In this document: one piece after another, positions 59,865-64,000 of the stretch
Layout: each line of letters starts with the position of its first letter
How positions within the stretch are numbered: the first letter of the stretch is position 1
Assembly: GCA_020854145.1 (NCBI GenBank)
Contig: JADZFZ010001118.1
Location: 14,067-78,066 of the forward strand
Reading direction: 5' to 3'
From: Deltaproteobacteria bacterium
GTDB lineage: Bacteria; Myxococcota_A; Polyangia; Polyangiales; JADZFZ01
DNA length: 64,000 bases
Made by a program: the position numbers and the translations under genes
Notes under the pieces: generated by a model
Seen by the model: only the letters and a program-made list of their open reading frames with translations
Told to the model about the DNA's origin: nothing
Database searches by the model: none

Positions 59865-60312
59865 TGTCGAAGATTGTCACGGAATTCAATTGTGGCACGC
59901 CGGATCGGCTTCGGAGCCACCGCCAAAGTGCCCCGATCGGCCCCCGAAATTGTTGACCCTGTTTCCCGGCGTGACCCGTGTCAGCTTGCAGAAATGACCT
60001 ATTGACGACAGCTCCCGAATCGCGGTTTGGCCTGGGGTCAACAGGGTCCAAGGCGATCGGCGGCCCCTCCGCTTCGGGGTCCTGTGCGGGGATGGGAAGC
60101 GGGTCATCGAGCACGGGAGCGGCCCGCCGTTCGAGTTGCGAACTCGCCGTCGGGCGCCGGGCCACTGGCCGCGCGCAGCCGTCGGGAACGCCGCCCGCCC
60201 ACGGGCCGCTGTCGCGTTGCGACTCGGAGCGACGCTCGTGCAACGCCGTGCCTCCATGGTCCCCGGATGTAACGCAGGAGACTTCGGCGACGGACACCGC
60301 GCCGCCAGTCGT

Positions 60313-61122
60313 TCAGATGTCGTCTTCGTCACCGCGATCGTCGTCGTCCCTGCCACCCGCGTCGCCGATATCGTCCACATGGCGACGCGGGTACTCGTCA
60401 CGCGGACGAGGGGGCCACTCGTAGACGCCGACTCGGAGCCTGCCAGAAAGGTAGCTGGTGAGCGTGTGCTCGGCGTCTTTGAGCCGTACCTCCCTCGACT
60501 GTCGCGGCTTCGCGTCGATGTCTGCGCGATCTTCTACGATGGCACCATCCGTCGGATGGGGGCACGGCCTGTGAAAGGTGTAGCCGCCGCCCGAAAGCAA
60601 CTCGGCGTAGTTTCCATCGAGGAAGCGATGATATCCGGCATGCTGGAGCACACCATCAGTGACGAGGTGATGTAGCGCCTGGGCCTTCAAGGCGTAGAGC
60701 GACTCCTTCCTTCGCTTCGACGATGACGCGAACTGATGCGCACGCTTGTTGTACTGCCCTCGCGCGGCGTTGCGCCAGCGCTTCGCGGAACGGTTCGCGG
60801 CCCAGAGGGCAGCCAGCAAGTCGACGGTCTTGGCGGGGCTGTGCTTCCGCTGAGCCTTGGGGAGCACCTGATCGTCGCGGTAGACGTGCCACGACCTCGT
60901 CTTGCCGCCGGCCGCGCCGCCAACGTGACCGGTCAGGGTGGCGTGAGGCTCGGCGTCATCGCGAACCCGGCAGCCCTTCTCGCCCCACGCAGTGGCGGAG
61001 AGCGCGGCCTTCGGGTCTCGCGCAAGCAGCTGTCCTTTCAGGGTGATCTGCTCCCCTCCGTACTCGCCTTTGCGTAGCTCCCGAAACCCAGCGCTCTTGG
61101 CAGCTTTGATGGTGCGAAACAT
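60313..61122 (-). CDS. Hypothetical protein (269 aa) with acidic C-terminal tail; distant paralogue of 63070..63999
   Basis: Shares NR-x-AK...(E/S)(I/L)Y-x-LK...L-x-x-L and F-x-(W/F)-H-(Q/R)-P motifs with 63070..63999. Tail DDIGDAGGRDDDDRGDEDDI. Confidence 0.6.
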   Translation of the reverse strand: MFRTIKAAKSAGFRELRKGEYGGEQITLKGQLLARDPKAALSATAWGEKGCRVRDDAEPHATLTGHVGGAAGGKTRSWHVYRDDQVLPKAQRKHSPAKTVDLLAALWAANRSAKRWRNAARGQYNKRAHQFASSSKRRKESLYALKAQALHHLVTDGVLQHAGYHRFLDGNYAELLSGGGYTFHRPCPHPTDGAIVEDRADIDAKPRQSREVRLKDAEHTLTSYLSGRLRVGVYEWPPRPRDEYPRRHVDDIGDAGGRDDDDRGDEDDI

Positions 61123-61673
61123 GAGTCCTCCGCGGTTACGAGCCTACCTCTGCCGTCGTCACGAAGCATCCGGCTTTGACCTGAACCACGTTCGCCGTTG
61201 TATGGCCGGTGTCTCGGTGTCGAGTGCCCGAAACCGCGCTGCCACGATCGAGGGCATTCGGGGGTAGAGAATCCAACCAGCAGGCCAAAGGCGCCGTCGC
61301 CGTCGGGTGCCAGTGCGGACCGAACCGTCGGATCAACGTGACGTGCTCCGTCCGTAGCGACGCTTCGGTGCCGGTCGTCGCCCGCGTCTCCGCGAGGGCG
61401 GAGAGCGGCACGCTCGGCGTCAACAGTCGTGGTTCCGGCAGCGTCTGGGTGGGGCCCCGGTCGAGCACGCTCGTCTCCGTGAGCACGAGGCTGGGTTGGC
61501 TGCTGCCGGTCGCCAACTGCGCGAGCGCCACGAACTGCCGCTGCTCACTCGCGGGAGCTGATGTCGCGGAGTGACGGCCGCAGCGCCAGCTCCTGTCCGT
61601 TGGGGTCGGGCTCGCTCGAGGCTGCTGGTGACGTTCGGCTTTGCCATCGCGCTCGGCGAGCACCGGCTGTAGC

Positions 61674-62597
61674 TCATTCAGGCGCGACGGTTGATGCAGC
61701 ACCGGTTCGCCGCCGAACGACTCTTGCGGGAGCGCATCGCGCGTGAATGAGCTTCCAACCATTGCGCGCGCCACTCGCTTCTTCGACAATCGCCCCGAGT
61801 TGATTCAGATCGACGTGGTGTTCGGAGATGCCGGGGTCTCTGCGATACTCGGCCCCAAGGGCGAGGCGTTCCTTCGGCGACCTCGCCCGCTCTACAATTC
61901 GCGAGAACGCCTCGCACGAATAGGCGAATAGTTCTCGTTTTCGGTACTCGATATCGAGCAGCCACTGGCGACGTCGCGTCTCCTTGAGCCCGACCGTGCC
62001 GCGCTTGCAGTTGTGGAAGATGTGGGCGACCTCGTGAACGAGGAAATCAGCGAAGGGATCGTCGTCCTCGAAGTACTCGGCCGACACGTAGCAGGTCGTC
62101 TCCGGATCGTCGTCCTCGAAGTACTCGGCCGACACGTAGCAGGTCGTCTCCTCGGAGAGACCGACAAGTCGTGGCGCGTCGTCGCCAAGCACGTCGGCGC
62201 CAATGCTGACCAGGAAGAGATTCGCGAGGACCCAGCTCGAATGAAGCCAATGGGAATCTCGCAAGAGCCGACCGATGTTCTCCCTGGTGAGGAAGACGAC
62301 CGACTTCTCCAACACGGCCAGCACGGGGTCTTGCTCGGCCCGCGGGAATAGCCCGCGAACCATGGGGGCGACCTTCCGTCGTGTGAGCGCGACGGTGTCG
62401 ATGCTGGGTATCGTGCGCAACCGCGGTGCCGCATCAGCGCGACGTTCCACCTCGGCCGCCAGCGCGTCGGTGAGATCGTCGTGGGCGCGCTTCGAGCCTT
62501 CGAAGAAGCCTCCCGGCCACGCAGCGTGATGCGTCTCGTACTTGCCGGTGCGGATGTACCGCTCGATCTCGTCGGCGATCGTCGGCCGCTGCGTCAT
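61674..62597 (-). CDS. HEXXH-motif protein (putative zinc metallopeptidase), contains a 16-aa perfect tandem duplication
   Basis: Motif FLVHEVAHIFHN. ATG 62597 (MTQRPTIADEIERY) is preferred over the track start 62702, which overlaps the upstream gene. Confidence 0.65.
   Translation of the reverse strand: MTQRPTIADEIERYIRTGKYETHHAAWPGGFFEGSKRAHDDLTDALAAEVERRADAAPRLRTIPSIDTVALTRRKVAPMVRGLFPRAEQDPVLAVLEKSVVFLTRENIGRLLRDSHWLHSSWVLANLFLVSIGADVLGDDAPRLVGLSEETTCYVSAEYFEDDDPETTCYVSAEYFEDDDPFADFLVHEVAHIFHNCKRGTVGLKETRRRQWLLDIEYRKRELFAYSCEAFSRIVERARSPKERLALGAEYRRDPGISEHHVDLNQLGAIVEEASGARNGWKLIHARCAPARVVRRRTGAASTVAPE
62056..62151. repeat. Perfect 48-bp tandem duplication (2 copies)
   Basis: 62056..62103 equals 62104..62151. 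Encodes ETTCYVSAEYFEDDDP twice, just N-terminal of the HEXXH motif. Confidence 0.95.
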
Positions 62598-62677
62598 GGT
62601 CGGCGATGGTACACGCGGCGTGACCCCCCTGCGTAAGCCCCCGTGCGAGACGCTCGGCTCGGCATCACGAAGCCCGC

Positions 62678-63073
62678 TCACCGGCGTCGTCTGGGTCCCC
62701 ATTTGTCACCGTACTGGGGAGGATCAGGAATCCGCTGAACAGGCTCGCTCGCTCGTTCCGCGATGAAAGTGCTGCCGTCGCCATTCGTGATCTTGATGCG
62801 ACCGCGGAGCCTGCCGTCCTTGCCGAGCCTGACGCTGCCCGTGCCGGTCATCTCGTCGTACTCCCAGGCGCCCTCCCAGGTGAACGACGCCCCAGTCTTC
62901 GTGGGTGTCACGTTCACGTACGCGAGCAAGCAATGCATCCGAAGTCGGTCCGCGCCGCCAGTGATGGAGATCATCGCCGGGCCCAGGTCGTCGAGCCCGT
63001 CGTTCACCCAGGTTGAGGTGTCCGTGATTCGCCACCAGCCGCACAGACCCGGATCCAAGCCCTTGCTCGTCAT
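62678..63073 (-). CDS. Small beta-rich hypothetical protein (131 aa)
   Basis: ATGA overlap with the upstream stop. Translation CGWWRITDTSTWVNDG...ASFTWEGAWEYDEMTGTGSVRLGKDGRLRGRIKITNGDGSTFIAER. Confidence 0.55.
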   Translation of the reverse strand: MTSKGLDPGLCGWWRITDTSTWVNDGLDDLGPAMISITGGADRLRMHCLLAYVNVTPTKTGASFTWEGAWEYDEMTGTGSVRLGKDGRLRGRIKITNGDGSTFIAERASEPVQRIPDPPQYGDKWGPRRRR

Positions 63074-63999
63074 GACGGGGGATTGCTGCGCGCCCGACGC
63101 GATTCACCGATGACCCAACCGACGAGGTCCTTCGCCTCCGCGAACCTCCTCCTCGGCATCGGAGTGGGCTTCCCGCCTGGTTCGGGCGTCCACTCCGAAG
63201 ACTCGGTCGGCTGGGGATACTCCCAGCCGACCTCGATCGAGGGCTGGTGCCACGCGAACCGCCGACCATCCACCACGAACCTGAACGCCACGTAGCGCAC
63301 GATTCGAGGTGGAAGGTACCAACCGGTACCTGCGCACCGTCGGCACGACGAATGGCCGGCCGAGCCGTCATCCTCCACCCCGTCGGGATTGCACGCCCGA
63401 CACGACTTGCCGGCCTGATGCTGATCGTGGTGCTTCACCTCCACGACCATCCCTTCCTCGCAGAGGAGGTGGAGCAGACCTGACTTGAGGCTGTAGATCT
63501 CGTCCCGGTGTTCTGGGCGACAACTGGCGTGCTTCGCGTACCGATTCAGCGAGAACATCGCCTCGGCGGCGTCCCGAAGGGCAGTGCGCCAATCGCCGTA
63601 GCGCTCCCGGAACTCTGCTCGACGCTTCTCAGGCTTGAGTGCTCGAGCCTCTTTGGCCCGCCGCGATCGCTCAAGGACCGCGGTTACCTCGGGACCAGCC
63701 ACGAGCGCCGCGATGGGCTCGGGAGGCCAGAGCGGGCATTCGGGACCCGTGAGATGGTTTGGATTCCGATACCAGCTTTCCGGCTTCAGGGCGAGGTCGG
63801 TGGCGAGCTTGCGGAACTGGGACGCTGTCAGGCCCAGCCGTTCGGCCGCTACCGGTGTGGGGAGCAGGAGCTTGCGTCGCTGCCACTGCCGCTCCTCTTC
63901 CGCTTTCTGCGATTCTCGCTCGGCTGCCTTCTGCTCGGCCTTCTGCTTCTCACGTCGGACCTTCTGCTTCTCACGTTCCGCGAGGCTCGCCCGTGCCAT
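63070..63999 (-). CDS. Hypothetical protein (309 aa): Lys/Glu coil, HTH-like segment, CxxC..CxxC insert
   Basis: ATG at 63999; could start beyond the window edge. Motifs AAERLGLTASQFRKLA, SLNRYAKH...EIYSLKSGLLHLL and CRACNPDG...CRRCAGTGWY. Confidence 0.6.
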   Translation of the reverse strand: MARASLAEREKQKVRREKQKAEQKAAERESQKAEEERQWQRRKLLLPTPVAAERLGLTASQFRKLATDLALKPESWYRNPNHLTGPECPLWPPEPIAALVAGPEVTAVLERSRRAKEARALKPEKRRAEFRERYGDWRTALRDAAEAMFSLNRYAKHASCRPEHRDEIYSLKSGLLHLLCEEGMVVEVKHHDQHQAGKSCRACNPDGVEDDGSAGHSSCRRCAGTGWYLPPRIVRYVAFRFVVDGRRFAWHQPSIEVGWEYPQPTESSEWTPEPGGKPTPMPRRRFAEAKDLVGWVIGESRRARSNPPS

Positions 64000-64000
64000 G

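Larger units (their letters stand above)
48733..64000. mobile_element. Second integrative element (phage-satellite- or IME-like), runs past the right edge
   Basis: int/xis paralogous to the prophage pair abut the tRNA remnant. AlpA-like HTH, DUF3854-like and DUF927-like replication genes; no virion genes. More A/T-containing codons by eye than the prophage. Confidence 0.7.

Noticed and set aside
61136-61789. 217-aa minus-strand ORF between the HEXXH gene and 60313..61122
   Set aside because: It overlaps the HEXXH gene by more than 100 nt. The translation is Ser/Thr/Pro/Ala-rich with no motif. Part of it may be real, but I cannot support a call.

Overview
High-G+C bacterial DNA. Almost every frame carries long Arg/Ala-rich shadow ORFs, so calls rest on protein-like sequence, motifs, RBSs and 4-nt start/stop overlaps, not on ORF length. 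The window is essentially all mobile DNA. (1) About 1.4-48.7 kb is a complete-looking temperate contractile-tailed prophage. On the minus strand, right to left: a cro-like gene, small early genes, an orphan N6-type methyltransferase, a PrimPol-helicase, two putative regulators, a ~650-bp hairpin-rich non-coding leader, terS/terL, a DUF1073-type portal, a DUF2213-type protease/scaffold, a DUF2184-type capsid, neck genes, sheath/tube/tape measure, a Mu gp43-48-like baseplate, two LamG-tipped fibres, an LL-H-type holin and a translationally coupled lysis-side cassette. On the plus strand from 40.9 kb: a cI-like repressor, a DUF5678-like protein, a retropepsin-like protease, an ImmA/IrrE peptidase, then ParB-like, PolX-like and DUF4326 genes, xis, int, a terminator, and a 5'-truncated tRNA-Gly(GCC) remnant (att). 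(2) 48.7-64 kb is a second integrative element facing the first, with more A/T by eye. It has paralogous int/xis, an AlpA-like HTH, a DUF3854 + DUF927 primase/helicase pair, iteron-like repeats and two cargo clusters. One cluster is a hyper-acidic peptide + truncated recombinase-like + nitrilase-like operon; the other is a minus-strand cluster with an HEXXH protein. The left edge (1-1306) holds a GHKL-ATPase-like + STAS-like pair. Best candidates for something undescribed: the protease trio wired to the repressor; a perfect 16-22-bp palindrome present four times (one copy inside the ParB-like gene, parS/operator-like); the structured leader before the late operon; and the satellite cargo operons. 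All family names come from my memory of motifs; no searches were run.
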